From the NCBI GenBank assembly GCA_030704615.1, contig CM060732.1, positions 39,432,001-39,496,000 of the forward strand: DNA of 64,000 bases, given 5' to 3'. The stretch comes from Takakia lepidozioides (Eukaryota; Plantae; Bryophyta). How positions within the stretch are numbered: the stretch's first letter is position 1; every line of letters begins with the position of its first letter. The notes below the pieces were generated by a model. It was given only the letters and a program-made list of their open reading frames with translations, did no database searches and was not told the origin of the DNA. Of this stretch, positions 38,114 through 52,144 are shown piece after piece. Position numbers and translations under genes: made by a program.

Positions 38114-41100
38114 TTCCTTGAGTTCACCCTTTTTTTTTTTACTATATATTGAATTACACCAAGCTTGTTGTTTGGGAAATGGTGTCATTTTTCAGTCGTT
38201 TATGCAATCTCTTGCATGTGTGTTCGACTGTTGGACTGGTATACTGATAAGAAACCGGTATCAATATTAGTATGTATACTGGTATGAAGTACCAGACCAG
38301 TCTTGTATCACCTCAGGCCACTACCTAGCATATACCCTTATTGGCCTGGTATCTGCTTCCTAATACTATGGACGATACCCTACCAGTCTGGTAGGTGGTT
38401 GAAAATCGGGTGCCCCATATCAGTACCAGATCCATTTTTGTGAGGAAAACCTGGTATCAATACTTTGAGGAACTTGAGGAATACTTTGAGGAATAAAATC
38501 AATGAGAAGCATGCATGCTTGTACACAATTATATGAGAAGTGGGCCTTTCAATATTTAACATATCATGAGTTTTTTTTTTATACCATACCAATATTGATA
38601 ATACCCTGGTATCGATTTCTAAAACTCTTGCTATTGATACCCGTAAAACACCACACTAATCAGATATTATTGATACCACCATGGTATCCAAAGCTCAGAT
38701 TTTTGCCAATACCAGTACCTCCTTGGTATCACAAATACTGGCCGGATGCCTATATACTAGTCCCAGCCTGGTGTGTTCAAAATACGATACCAGTCCAACG
38801 CTGGTGTGTCAATGGCATATGTATATAATGAATGTGTTGGATTTCATTTTCAGTCATGATTTGTTGTCAATCAATGCTTATCTGGTTCCTATATCATATA
38901 TACTGTGCCGTTGGCCCCTCCCAAGTATCCAAGTGCAATCCCTTATGTATCCAAAGACCCTACAGTTTGGGAGATCTGGGGTAGCATGTGCCATATGTGA
39001 AGAATTGAAATCTAAGCCCAAGTACAAACTCCTCTGTATCCAAATGCGTCTCCTATCATTTCAGTTCATTGCTCCAATCATTGTCCAGCGACCAAAAGTA
39101 CTTGAAATTTGTTTAGCCATATCTCATCATCTTTTTTCCACAGAGCGTACGACCATATTTGAACCGCAGATCTTTCCCTTGATATCGAGGCTCCAACCAT
39201 TGTCCCATGAATGCCCACTTTGCTATTTTTCATGAATTTCTCCACATCTCCCACACCGCAAGTCCAAAAATCATGAGACCAAGCCGGTGCACCCCTCCTC
39301 GTCGAGGGCTTTCCAATGGTACCAAGCACCAACGATGGGGCCGCGGTTAGGGACATCTCAACGTGACAAAACAACACAAAACAAAACAAACAAACAAACA
39401 AACGTCTCGCTTCATATATTGATATACACACACACTCTCTCTCTCTCTCTTCACCCATCTCTTTCAAAATTGTGTTTTTTTTTCTTAACATTTTCATGTG
39501 ATTCTTCAAACTGTCCTTTCAATCGCACCATGTGCATGTTCTCAGTACAGCTTCGCATAATGTTCAATGTCGTGCGAAGGTACAGTGTTGAAGTTGAAGA
39601 ATAATATGACAATAATGCTAAGATTGTTCAAGGCAGTGTTATTGTTTCTGGCAAAAATAGCTAGATTTCGACCTGGAAAATGGGTCAGCTACTTGTACAA
39701 ATGAATTGTGGGGGTAAAAATAAAACAATTCGGCAGAAAGTGCCAGTTGTTAAATATCAGGAGCTTGACTTTGCCTACGCAGACCTGTTAGAACCTGCAC
39801 CTATTATATAGCCACTTTTCTAACCCTGCCACCTCATTATTCTCGTCACATGCTACGTAGAATTTACATGTGGCCAGTGTGGCGATTTTGGAAACATGAA
39901 AAAAAAAAAAAAAAAAAAAAAAAAACTGGCTCAAGGGCTTTGTTTATGGATAGTTTTGTCATTGGATGATATGCTTCAGCTGTGGATTTTCTACCTTGCG
40001 ACATTATATGGGTGTATTCTGTATACGTTCTAAATTTCCTTTCGCTACTACTTTGGTGTCACAAGTAGTCAAATCTGGACTCTTCAATTTTATTTTAATT
40101 TATTAGCAACCATTGCAATTGAGGGTATTTGTTGTTGGCGTTATTAACCGATATTCTGTGACAATTGAGTTTGACATTTTCTATGCAGCAAGAAACAAAT
40201 CAAATATATAAAAATTATACTACGATCCAACCCGATATATCCTATTCGGCACGTCCGGTATCAGTGATTTCGATGGAATAGACATAAAACGTCACAATGA
40301 TTTGATGTTGAATGTTTTATGGACCAGTGTTGGACTGGTATATATGTGAAGGACTGGTATATAATACTGGTATATGCATTAGTATTTGATACCAGACCAG
40401 TCTGGCATCATTTGGAAAAATACTTGGTCAGATACCAAACCAGGCTGGTATTAGTTCTTTCATACCAGCCACAATACCCGTACTCCCCCATCGTCTTCCT
40501 CATTTACTCTGGTATGTATACTGAATTAATTTATGTGTACATATGCCTATAACACTATTTTAATTAATTTTGGACTTTTGGCTTAAATCCGGACTAAACT
40601 TAATATATATTTACATTAAAATTTATTGAAATATTAATAATATCATGGTGTAATGTGTGATTGAACTTTGTAAAATTACAGGTGATGTCATACTTGTTTC
40701 AAAATGTGTCATATATAAGAGGTCCATTTGACATTGAAGTGCTCAATGTGAAATAGCAGTATTGAACAATTCATTGAACGTCCATTTGGAAGTCGAATAA
40801 TGTAATATTCCATTGCAGGATCACGATAAACAAATGGGTCGCACTGAACATGGGAAAGACTTGTACTCTACCATACTCGATACAACTTGCTAGTAATTTT
40901 ATTGATTGAATCTTCATATCAAGCACAATGTTCACATACCACGCCATTGGAATGAATCATGTTTTGGATGTGACAAGGGCAGTAAAATATTAGAATACCC
41001 GAATAAGGCGTAGAAATTTGACACAACATTCCCCGAGAAAGTTGCACATGCCCGGAATTTCTTCGAGCTGAGGGGGAGGCCGAAAAAGTACAACGATCAC

Positions 41101-41710
41101 ACAACGAAGTCGAAGACTAGACAATGGAAGGTTGATTTATTGTGTTTTTTGTTCCATTTGCTAGAAAACCAAAATATTTTCAAGCTCGGATTTAATGTGA
41201 CGAACGGAAAGTTCCATCATTCAAATACTCGATTTGCTGAAGTCTTATGTAATGTCTGTTGTTTCATCATGAGGTGCTTCTCCACTTGGAACAATTTCGC
41301 AAATGTGCCGATAAAATACTTGAAAAACCATATGACCATGAAAACTTGATGCTTCGGATGATGCTTGCAAAAGATTTCATGGTCTTCTAGTATTTCACGC
41401 ATTTTGTAGGTACATTTGTGGAACTGTTCCTAGTGGAGAACATGAAGAGATTGGATAAATTTGACTTGGAGGAGCACCGCATTACAAAGCAGGAGACACT
41501 ACGGAAAGAGCTTCAAATTACAAGGCACGACAGGATGGACGGAAATGAATTGGCAATCGAATCATCCTTTGGAGTATAGTATAATTGACATGATAGTTGT
41601 AACTTTTGTTTCATCTCAAAAATCAAATATCAAATATCGAATGAAATGTCTAATTTTGGCCCTGATCATTTTCGCAGGAATTTATGCAAGCATGTCAACT
41701 CATATTGGAG

Positions 41711-42971
41711 ATGAGCATGGGAAAGAGGAGGAGCGGCCTGCTCAAGGATCCCAGCAGCCCCCCCCCCCCCAAAAAAAATGGTAATGCTTTCAACTCCATT
41801 TTTTCGTTTCTCTATGTTGACAGATCTGACAGTTTTGCGCTTTACTCTTGGGCTTGCGAGATTGAGTACATGCATGCTCGCATTCGTATTGTTGGACAGG
41901 GTTTTTGAGCCGCGGAGTCCTTGGCATACGAACAAGATGTGGCATGACGCGGCCACCTTCCCTTTGTGCAATATAGACGTTTGCTTTAACTTTTCACGCT
42001 GTGATGGTACTAACGAGCTTTTGGTATACAGCTACAACGCTCCTGACCCCCGATCCCCTCCCACCTACTTCGAAGCCCTGCCGTCGTCACATTGGCATAC
42101 TTCCGACCCTGAGAAAGCTTGTTTGTTCTTTGTATTCTCTGACTCCACATCATACACGCATATATTGCGGGGATGGAGACACTGTGGTACTCTTCCCTAC
42201 TGGAATGGGGGCCTCAATCACGTATTTGTTACCTTTGCGGACAGATGGTCCGAGACTAATCCACCTGCCAACACCATTGGGATGGCATCTATCCTCAGCT
42301 CTGCGCTTCATGAGACCACCTACCGACCTGGATTCAACATTTCAATCCCTCTACCACGTCTGAGGCAGGACGTTCCATCTGAACTCAGGAGCGTGAAGCC
42401 CTTTGAGAGAGAAGTACTTCGCCACATTCAAGGGGATCCGCTACCTATCTCGCGAAGGGGCGTTCCGGAGCAGCGTTACCTTCAGAGAAATGCACAACAG
42501 AGATGATGTGATTGTGGCAACAACATGTCGGCATGAGACTAGTAACGACAAACTTCTCATATGGCAGCCATGGCGGGGCAAAGACTGCGAGAAAGATCAG
42601 CTGAGCTTTGAAAGCTACGATTACGTTGACCTTCTCAACTCCACGTTTGGATTGGTCCCTGCAGGCCGTTCTCCGAGCTCTTACCGACTCCTAGAGGTAC
42701 TGAGCGCCGGTACTATACCTGTTCTAATAGTTAACAACTATGTGAAACCCTTTGACACTTTCATTCACTGGCATCAATGCGCGTTGCAGTTCCCAACCAG
42801 TGAGTTCTTCTGCCCACCCTGCGTGCATTGACCAAAAAAGAGGTTGAAGAAAGGCAGCGCTACTGCCGGTTTGTGTTCGACAAGTATTTGATGGATGATA
42901 CTACGCTGGTGAGGTCTGCGGTGTGGTCTTTGAAGGACAGGTTTATGGGCATGCTACCCAATTTTCCTTAG
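41711..42971 (+). pseudogene. Intronless exostosin (GT47) glycosyltransferase, EXT1-like, frameshifted
   Basis: N-terminal hydrophobic anchor, then CFNFSRC, TSDPEKACLF, LPYWNGGLNH, YRPGFNISIPL, KYFATFKGIRY, HNRDDVIVATTCRH, YDYVDLLNSTFGLVPAGR, YRLLEVLSAGTIPV. Frameshifts at the polyC/polyA run (~41760-41778), the GA run (~42410) and ~42800. TAG at 42969-42971. Confidence 0.85.
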
Positions 42972-44302
42972 GAGGATCTAGGCTACTAGCTCTCAACAAA
43001 CAGGACGTTGGACCTTGAAACCTTATGGATCCTTCTCTTCGAAGATGGGTGTTAAGACTGTTACATGAGTTTTTGATCTTGTTCACGAAAACAGATTCTG
43101 ATTTAACACTCCTTGGAAAGAAGCACTAGATCATGCCCAACAAGCGTGGAATCAATAACAGACCTAAAGATTTCTCAGTACATATCCCTTCAAAGCGGCT
43201 GATGCGCTCACACCTCAGTGACAAGTAGAAGGCCCAGTCCTCCCCTTTTATATTATCCGTAAATAAAATTATTCTTCCTCGTTGTAAAGGAAGTTGAGCG
43301 TCGGTACGGTGGGCTAACTTCTGTTATTACATGAGCTGTGTGGAGAAAACTAACCCACTCCTACCCAGAGATAAAGGCGCAATGGGTTTCGAGTTCTCCA
43401 CGTGGCCATATTTTTTAGAGTATCCGAGCGGCAAGGGTGATGTAAAGGTAGGCAACCCCCTACAACCCTCGAAATGAGAGATACTCTAGTGTAGTCCTCA
43501 GTAATGTATCTTGGTCTTTGTGTGCTTCATCTCCCGAGGTTTTTCTTATATCTCAATATGTGGTGTTACGAGACGAGTTATGGTTAGGACTTGGGACATC
43601 CTGATCAGTGTGGCACACTGGATCTGCAACTGCAGCCAAGCTCTCGGTGATAATAAGCAAGGCCACAGTTCATCAGGATCTGCTAGATCTGTAATTAGAT
43701 AATCAGTCTTCCAACACCTGACAACGTCTTCAACGCCTATTTTTCAATCCTACAGTTTAAAGCTTTACGGAAACTGAAAATGCATGCCTCAACTCCAGAT
43801 AGACCAGCGACATACAATCGAACCCTTGGCTGTGCGCAGGGCTCCATGATATCGGAGCATTCCAACTTGACAGTGCACCTGCAAAACTCCTCTGCAAAGT
43901 ACATGTATTTGCGATTGGATTGAGAAACGCATCGCATGATCACTTGTGCGGTCCCATAGCAATAAGTGGGTGTAGTGATGTGGGGCATGAGTGTTCTGGA
44001 CGGCTGAAGGGCCCTTGATTAGACACAGGCAAATGTAAGTAGTGGACACGAGTAGGTGAGCTGCTCATCATTGAGCAATCCATATCTTATGCCAACGCTA
44101 ATCTTTACCCTTCAAGCACATGCGGAACTAAAACCAATCTAGCCATCATGCTTCTGTACAACGCTTCAAGATCTAAGTAGCATTGTTGTGGATGTCCTAC
44201 TCACAACCCTTGACAGATATTGGGCATGTACAACTGAACGCCTCACCATCTTTCAGAGCTAATCATCTCTCACAATCATTCCGCTGAATCCTGTACACTC
44301 AC

Positions 44303-46473
44303 TGAAGGAATACATCTATAATTCTCTGTCATTGTATAGTGTAGGATGTACTAGATTATAGATTAAGGATGTGCAGTTACATCCAAGTCTTACATCTGAA
44401 GTGGTTAGGAGGTTGAAGTCACCAAGGAGTGTGGAACGGTACATAGCTCAACAGTTGAGTAGATGTAGAACCACCAGACTCAGCCGAGACACAGAGAGTG
44501 CAGATCTCTCTTGTGAACACTTTCTCTCTTGATATAAGATCTATTTAATCTAGTTCTATGTTTTACACGATTATGTGGGTGATTGACTTTGGATAGAATA
44601 GGTGTTTTCACATGGTATCAGAGCCATGGTTGTGGCTCGGGAGAAAGAGTGTCACTGATGAGAACGAACTAATAATTTCGATATACACAATGAAATTAAA
44701 AGGAGTCGAGATAGAGTTTGGAAGAGAGAACTAACAATTCTCCACGATGCATGAGCGTGGAAGAATTCTGTTTCTTATAGAAGAACACAAGTTCTAACAT
44801 GGCTTGAATTCTGTGATGTTCATGCTTTCTTGGAAAGTGATAATTGATTGAGAGACTGGAATGGCTCAGAGAGTAGATGTGAGCAATATTCCTAAGTTTG
44901 ACGGCACATACTTCCATGTGTGGAAGCATAGAGTAACACTACTGTTAAAAGCAGAAAAACTATGGGCTCTAGTCATAGGGACAGAGTTAAAACCAGTGGC
45001 TCCCACGGCAGCACAGATTGCTGTTGGGCAGCAAGCGTTTCCAGCCACAGGTGTTGGGAGTATAGTGAACTGGGAAGAGAGAGATGCTCTCTCACTCACC
45101 ATAATTAATAACTGCTTGGACAATAGTGTAGTCTCATATGTACAGTCGTGTACATCAGCTTTTGAAGCATACCGAGAGTTAACAATGTTATATGAATCAA
45201 ATGATGCAGTAACCAAAATGTACCTTAGAGACAAAATTCAAACTTTAAAAATGAAAGAGAATGAAAATGTCACTAAGCATATACATGTCTTCAGATCTTT
45301 GCTAGAATAGCTTTCCGCTGCTGGTTCCCCTGTGTCAGACGAGGATGTTGTCTTATCCCTAATGAGGAGTATACCAATGAGTTATCGGATATTTATAGGC
45401 TCTTTTAGGAGACAGCCAAATATAAATCTATAGTCTTTAACTACAGACTTAATACAGGTGCAAACTTTAATGATGAGTCTTGGACCTGCTACAGATTCAA
45501 AAACTGCATTATATTCTGGACAGAAGTCTAGTACATATAATAGTTTTAATAGGAAGAAGCAAAATGAGGACAAAAATAGTGTCAAGAAGGAGGATGTTGA
45601 AGGATCAAACACAAATAGAGGAAATAAGAAGCAAATTAAGTTATTTTTCTATAAGAAGTTTGGATATATAATTAAAGACTGTAGGAAGAGGATTGCAGCT
45701 GAAACAGCAAACAAACAAGCAACACAAGGACATGTTGCAGTCGAAGGCAATCAGCTCTATGTAGCAGCGATGATCATAAGTAAAGGGAAAGATCCAACTT
45801 GGTATGTGGACACAGGAGCCACACAACACATGGCGTATGACATACACACTTTTACGACATACAAAGAGTGGAGACCAGGACAGGTTGTCTATTTAGGGGA
45901 TGACTCAACACATGAAATAGTAGGCCACGGGTCAACCATTGTGTTGTTGTGCAATGGACAGCGAAGGGAGATACCTGACGTGCTCCATGTGCCAAGTCTC
46001 AAGAAGAATTTATTTTCTGTTAAGCAATTAGACCTAGCTGGGGGAGAGATGAACATAACAGAAGGTTGCTGTAACCTGAAGAATTCCAAGGGAAATCTCA
46101 TAGCAAAATGTGAGATAAAAAACGGACTCTATAAGCTAGGAACTGCATTATGGAACTCACAAGTCATGGCAATGTCAACTGTCTTAGAGACTAACAAGGC
46201 AGACCTATGGCATTGTAGATTAGGTCATATGAACCAAGCCAGAATGCATCAGATGCAAACTAACTCAATGGTTAGAGGGCTGGATTCAGTAGATGTTATG
46301 AAACTAACATTATGTAGAGATTGCATCTCAGGAAAACAACACCGAGAGAAATTCCCTGTAGAGGGAGGCACGAGACCTACTGAACCGTTAGGCCTTGTAC
46401 ATACTGACATTTGTGGACCGATGCAAACTCTCACACACAACGGGTTTAAGTATTTCATCATATTTATAGGTGA
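44303..46473 (+). mobile_element. Truncated Ty1/Copia LTR retrotransposon (5' LTR, PBS, gag-protease-start of integrase)
   Basis: Probable LTR TGAAGGAA...TTTTCA (~44303-44610; start uncertain). tRNA-iMet PBS TGGTATCAGAGCCA at 44613-44626. ORF from 44861: KFDGTYFHVWK, decayed CCHC, WYVDTGATQHM, LWHCRLGH, LVHTDICGP. Internal stops, and it breaks off inside integrase. Confidence 0.92.
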
Positions 46474-46581
46474 TCTTTCAACCTCTCACTAAAATTGAAG
46501 GGCATGATTTGTGAATTGTCGCTCCTAGGTGTTTCCCTTTTTAAAGGAAAAACATTGGGATTACTTAAATAGAAATTAATA

Positions 46582-47357
46582 ATGAACTCTTCTGTTATTC
46601 CACAGAACAACATGCATTACCCTCCAGTCGACTATTCCATTTATGTCAATCCAAACGATCTGCATTCCCTTCCTTGGGGACCGAACGGATGCCGGTCAGG
46701 ATATTATGTCCTGGTTCTGGATATCGGTTACCATTGTGAGGTTTACCTAAAGAATGGAAAGAAACCCCTCTTGTCACGCAGCCTTGTATCTCCGTAGGGA
46801 AATTCAAGTTAGCTACGCAAAACGGTCTTGACGAATTCATTAAGTGGGCCGTCAAAAAGTTTGCCATTTGTTTTTGGAACACGAGACCTGAAATGAACGT
46901 CGAGACTATCGCAAAGGCCGTGTTCGGGAAGTACTATTCCCAAGTTAGAACTTACAGCAGTGACAATTCCGTCATACATAGATCGACATTCAATAAAAAA
47001 TGGCTTAAAGCTCCCAAAAATCTCATCTACTTTAGACGTCTTTACGTCATTTTCGTTTAGGAAGACCCGACAGCTTACAAATCCAATACTCTCTTCATCG
47101 ACACTGTAGGCAATATGTACAAGTCCTACTTGAATCCGTTAGGACATACCATCTTCTTTCCAAAATATAAAGCGTTCGTGGACCCTGACAGAGATAAGTT
47201 TCTACTGGAAGAGCTCAAGCCTTACCTTAACATGTTCCGGTTATCTGGGATGGATGTCATGTCATTCAACGAGCTACATCCGTTCGGCGTTACGAAGGAT
47301 TTCTTTGAGGACGACCCAGCGGTCAAATTTCTTAGAAACTTTGATTATAGATGGTAG
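46582..47357 (+). pseudogene. Divergent NIF/FCP1-like (HAD) phosphatase domain ORF with in-frame stops
   Basis: One frame with two TAGs: VLVLDIG...GLDEFIKWAVKKFAICFW...SNTLFIDT..YKSYLNPLGHTIFFP...EELKPYL...HPFG. This parallels the plant NIF-like family and the next ORF. Confidence 0.6.
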
Positions 47358-47520
47358 AAGTTCCTTAGCAATCACAAGTTGCGTGCCGCTACATTGGGAC
47401 ATAAAATATTTTAATTGAGTTTGGTGAACCTCGGCTGTCCAATGGACGTTCTTGTTTACTTGCCTAGTGTCGGTTTTTCCAATGCATTGTACTGTTCTTT
47501 TTTTATCATCCTAAGTATGA

Positions 47521-48290
47521 ATGACTCTCTGGCAGATTGAAGCACTTGTTTCTCCTCCTGCGCAAGGGCTGCGTTTGATTATTTTTGACGTGAATGGAGT
47601 CTTGTGCAAAATCTTGAAGCACCAAAAGAGCTACTATGTCCTCCGGTTTTCAAAATCGGACTACAGAATTCCAGCTCTTGTCGGATTCCGACTTGTCTTT
47701 AGACGGGAGAAATATCGCGAAGTGTGGACAGAGTTGCACAAACACTTCAGGTTAGGGATTTGGAGCTCTGTGATGTACAAGAACTTACAGCCCATCCTGG
47801 ATTTTTTGCTTCGTGGTCTCCCTCAACCGGCCTTCGTTATGTCTCAAGAGGATTGTATTTCATGTCTTACTTCGGTTCACCCTCAATTCAAATCAGGATT
47901 GGACCATCCTCATTGGTTTTTGAAGCCATTGGTCAAGGTCTGGCAGAGATTTGGTGGACAATATACCAAGAGTAACACTTTACTCATTGACGACACCACC
48001 ATGAAGTGTGTATTGAACCAATGAACCTGCCCGACTCATGTCTTGTTCTCAAACCGTTCCAGACCGTGGAGACTTATGGTTGTTATTTTCTCAAGGTTCT
48101 TTAGACCTATTTGCTTGGAATGAGGAAACATCCCATTGTTTCAAGCTATTTTAGGAAAAAAAAGATAGGGTTGAGTTTTTTTCCCAATGTTTCAAACGAT
48201 CCCAAGTCTAGCCTACTTTGGGATTTTATTGAGGACAACGGTTTTAAGAGTCTCAGATATGATGCTTCAAAATAAAATTATTTTTATCGA
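47521..48290 (+). pseudogene. NIF/FCP1-like (HAD) phosphatase domain ORF, disrupted at the 3' end
   Basis: LIIFDVNGVLC, FRLGIWSS, FVMSQEDC, FLKPLVKVW, SNTLLIDD. Open 47521-48024, then shifted by a short TGAACC duplication. Confidence 0.75.
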
Positions 48291-48468
48291 TCCCATCTCA
48301 CTCGAGCTATTGAATATCTTCATGGTTTCTGATTTTCATTGCTTTGTAATCACACACGTATTAGATATGGTACTCTCATTTTCACTCATTTTCTGTTGAA
48401 TTCTTGACGCACATTCCGGGCAATCCCAAGACTCTGATACATGCCTTCATACGGGGACATGACTATAT

Positions 48469-48590
48469 CTAGTGGAGGGTTGATGGGCATGATTCATGAA
48501 GCCATGGAAAAGTTATAAACAACAACCCCAAAATCACCAAAGGAAAGAGCAAGGACAGAGCCTCTTGTGGCGGGAGCCGCTTGTTGTTAA
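48469..48590 (-). repeat. Dispersed repeat, Helitron-like 3' end (copy 2)
   Basis: The minus strand has an imperfect hairpin ATGGCTTCATGAATCATGCCCAT ~10 nt before a terminal CTAG. Homologous to 37090-37200. Confidence 0.55.
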
Positions 48591-49069
48591 ACACATGCAA
48601 TATAAATGATAAATGAATCCACAAATCCCAAATTAATTGTGTGCATGTTTCCAACAACATTTCCTTTTAGAATCAGCATAGTATTTCCTTAAAATATATA
48701 TATACACTTGAAATGAAAAATTGCAAAGTGAATCCATTACATTTGCTTAGACATTGTTCACTGCAGTCATCACTCATGGCAATGCTTACCAACACAAAGC
48801 CATAAATAATATAATAATATAATGTTATATTATGTTGGCTCAAATATCCAACATATAACCTAGCAGCAGTGGTTAGGAATAAGATCGCCATACAAGAAGT
48901 TCAAAGGATAGATGTAAGTTGGATGTCACCAATTATAAACAAGTCAATTATAAACAGGTCTATAATCAACTGGTTATTTAATGTGGGGGTACTTTGGAGT
49001 CTTTTGGGGAGGTTTGGGCAACCATGTTGTTCTCAGCATGTAATGTATCTACATTCTGTGTAAAGACAC

Positions 49070-50512
49070 CATATAAAATCACATTTTTTTCAGAATCAAA
49101 ATTTGTTTTCACTATTAATACACCTATAATTTTTATTATTGTGAATAATAAAACAACACATAAAATGGAGATTTTTAGGAATAATGTATAAACTTGATGC
49201 ATGTGTGATCTCTGACAGGACGGTAGGCCAGTTTTTGATAATATATCAAATCTTTCCCACCCCTTTTGCAGATTGGAACAAGATGACATTGGAATAGGGT
49301 TACTCCAAAGTGATATGGTGACATGGAAGGGAGTGTCACTAGACTTGGTGTAACTCCCACTTCAAGTTACATCTAGTCCTCAAATTTAACGAAATCCAAA
49401 ATTGGCTAAATATGTCATATGAAATGTATTAGGAGGAGTTACATAAGATGGGGTGACGTGAACTATAGATGCCGATGGTGACACTACCACCCATCAGAAA
49501 TCAAACTTTGCATCTACATTACCATCACCTTACCAAAGTTAGGGTACTCGCCATTATTTGACAATCTCTTGCATTCCAAAGTATTCCAAAGTATTTAAGT
49601 AATTAATAGTGAATCTGGAATAGACGAGGTGCTAAGGATTTGATAGGGGCCGCGCCCACTAGAGGAGCCCACGGTGCCTAAATCTGGTGAAAGTTCGAGT
49701 AGATCGCATGCATTAAGTTTTTATATTCTTCATATTGTTTTCAGCCTAAAATATCTTTCCACTCAAAATGAAATAACGTTGAACTTTTTGTAAAATTTGG
49801 ACATTGTTTCGAATACTAGTTTTAGTGTAGAGCAGGGAATAGGGGGCAATAGTGTCACGTCATCGTCACCATAGCATGGTATTAGCTAATGAAATGTCAA
49901 AACTCTTAATATTGAATTTTTGTCTTTTTACCATATTTTGGACAATTAAAAATGTACACAAAAACAAATGTAGATCTATTAATCAATACCGTTAATATAC
50001 CCAAGAGAATTAGTATTACAGAAAATAAACAACGCATAAAATAGAGAACCTTAGGAATACTGTATGAACTTAATTTAATGCATGTGTGTGATCTTTGATA
50101 GGACGGTAGGCTGGTTTCTGACACCACCTCCTCTTGCATATTGAAACAAGATGACACTGAAATGGGGTGCCAGGTGACACAAACCGAGATGACACTACCA
50201 CTCATCAAGAATTTAACCTTGCACCTCATCACCTCCATTACCATCACCTTACCACTAGGCTACTCGCCATTGTTTGATAATCTCTCGCATTCTAAAGTAT
50301 TTAATAGTGAATCCATGGTAAGATGAGGTGGGGCTGAGGAGTTGAAAAAGGCCTCCACTAGGGGAGCCCACGTTGCCTAAATATGGCAAAAGTACCATCA
50401 GATCACATGCCCGCATTGAGCATTCTTACATTTTTCATGTTGTTTTATGCATAAAATATTAATTTCGATAAAAATAAAGTAAACGGTGAACATTTTATAA
50501 AATTTAAACATT
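49070..50512. repeat. Two diverged direct repeats (~600-750 bp each), TE-derived
   Basis: AAACAAC.CATAAAAT.GAGA, GGACGGTAGGC, ATTACCATCACCTTACCA, TACTCGCCATT.TTTGA.AATCTCT.GCATTC.AAAGTATT and GGAGCCCACG.TGCCTAAAT each occur twice in the same order. Confidence 0.8.
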
Positions 50513-51367
50513 GAAGTCGTGCGACCTCAAAAAATAGAAAATAATATTCCATAGCAAATTCCATGTTTTTTCATGGAAAAAATCGCCAAATTTCTCAAAA
50601 ATAAAATAAAATAATGGATGGATTGATATGAAGATGAAATTACGGATGTGGATGATTCTGTCCTAATTTGAATGGATGAACAGAATATATGCCTAATCTC
50701 TGCAAAACTCTGTAGCCACTCGTGCTATTTTCCGAATTTAAAAAAAAAAACTCTGGAGGATATATTGTAAGCAAGGGTATATTTATCCAAATATGGGCCT
50801 GGAAAAATTATGACTACATAGAACCATGGCTATGCATTAGCTACAATAAGTTCAAGATACTATGCTATATGCCCGTCATGAACGTTTCATTTGCCCAATG
50901 GTATTATACGGGCTATATAGTCTTACTCATGTAAGTGTAAGTTCTTTTTCGTACTACACCTCATACTACACCTCATAGCCTTATGAACATACTAACTCAT
51001 CACCGGACCATCTACATTCTAAAATGCCTAACATTGCATCGAGAACACATGGCTTCACATAAGATCTTCCGAACTGAATGTAGTAGCCCTTTTGAGGTGA
51101 AGTGATCACCATAATGTCTAGCCCAATGGTAATGGGCAGATACTGTGGTGCGGTTATTTGTTTTTATATCAGCCGGTTACGGATTTTTAACTCTAACTTT
51201 GTTTCTGACATCATGACGGTTGGCAAAAACTACAAAATTTAACCCTATGCGGTTATGGACAAATGGAGTTTATGTGGAGTTTATGTGAGGATAGCCTCTA
51301 GCAGTTTAGTATCCAGTTATCAAACAAATCCAAGTTTATTTAATAAAATAAAATAACCTAAACTTAA

Positions 51368-52144
51368 CCCCTAAAGGCCGGCGCGACCCGAATCGGGTCG
51401 CAGCCGTTTTCATCCACAAATAGCTTCCGTGGATGTACTTGGATGAAAAAAGTCGCCCAAGGAAAAGTGAGCGTGTCGTGGAGCTGCGCACGACGGAATT
51501 TAATGCGCCCCCACTACAAAATCTCAGGCCGCCACAAATTTTCTAAGCAATCGAATCCATGGCCAAGGCCCGATGACCTGCAACATGGCAATAACTCTGT
51601 GCACCAATCTACACTTGTGCTTTTGGATTTTTCTAAAATCAATTTCATATTCATGTTCACCTTTGGGCATGGCAGGATTGCACCATAGGAAAGTGCATTT
51701 GGTTATAATGTGGAGGATCTATGCAACATTTTCTCTATCACTGCGAAGTGCACTCCCCCAATTGCACATACAAACCAGCTAGTAGGTTTTTTTGGAATTC
51801 GGTCCTCCAATTTCAAAAAGAGACCTCTAACCCACCAAGGAATCTGTCTGAGTTGGTCCGGGACTAAGCAAAAAAAATTATGATGGTAAATTTCCTTGGT
51901 CAAAGTGATTTTTTCTGTCCACATTTGCTTGGACTTGATAAATTCACCATGGTAATTCGTTATAATTTCCCTATATTGACGGTCATTTCTTCTGAAATTT
52001 GGTTAGTAGCTGCGTGGAGTAGGTAAGAACGAGTTCGTGAGGTTCAATTCCCTGGATGAACCTCTGCTGGCAGATACCAGGTTATTCATGATAGTGGGTC
52101 CCATTTTTGAGCTGTTTTCCAATTTGGCTCGTGGCTCTTAGGGG
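51368..52144. mobile_element. piggyBac-like non-autonomous element, 777 bp
   Basis: TTAA(51364-51367)|CCCCTAAAGGCC ... GGCTCTTAGGGG|TTAA(52145-52148). TIR match 10/12. Homologous to 26441-27071. Confidence 0.8.

Noticed and set aside
40820-41580. Possible Ulp1-like protease remnant of a DNA transposon
   Set aside because: Too degenerate; catalytic residues could not be placed.
51364-51375. Interstitial telomere repeat (CCCTAAA)
   Set aside because: Single unit only, better explained as a transposon terminal inverted repeat.
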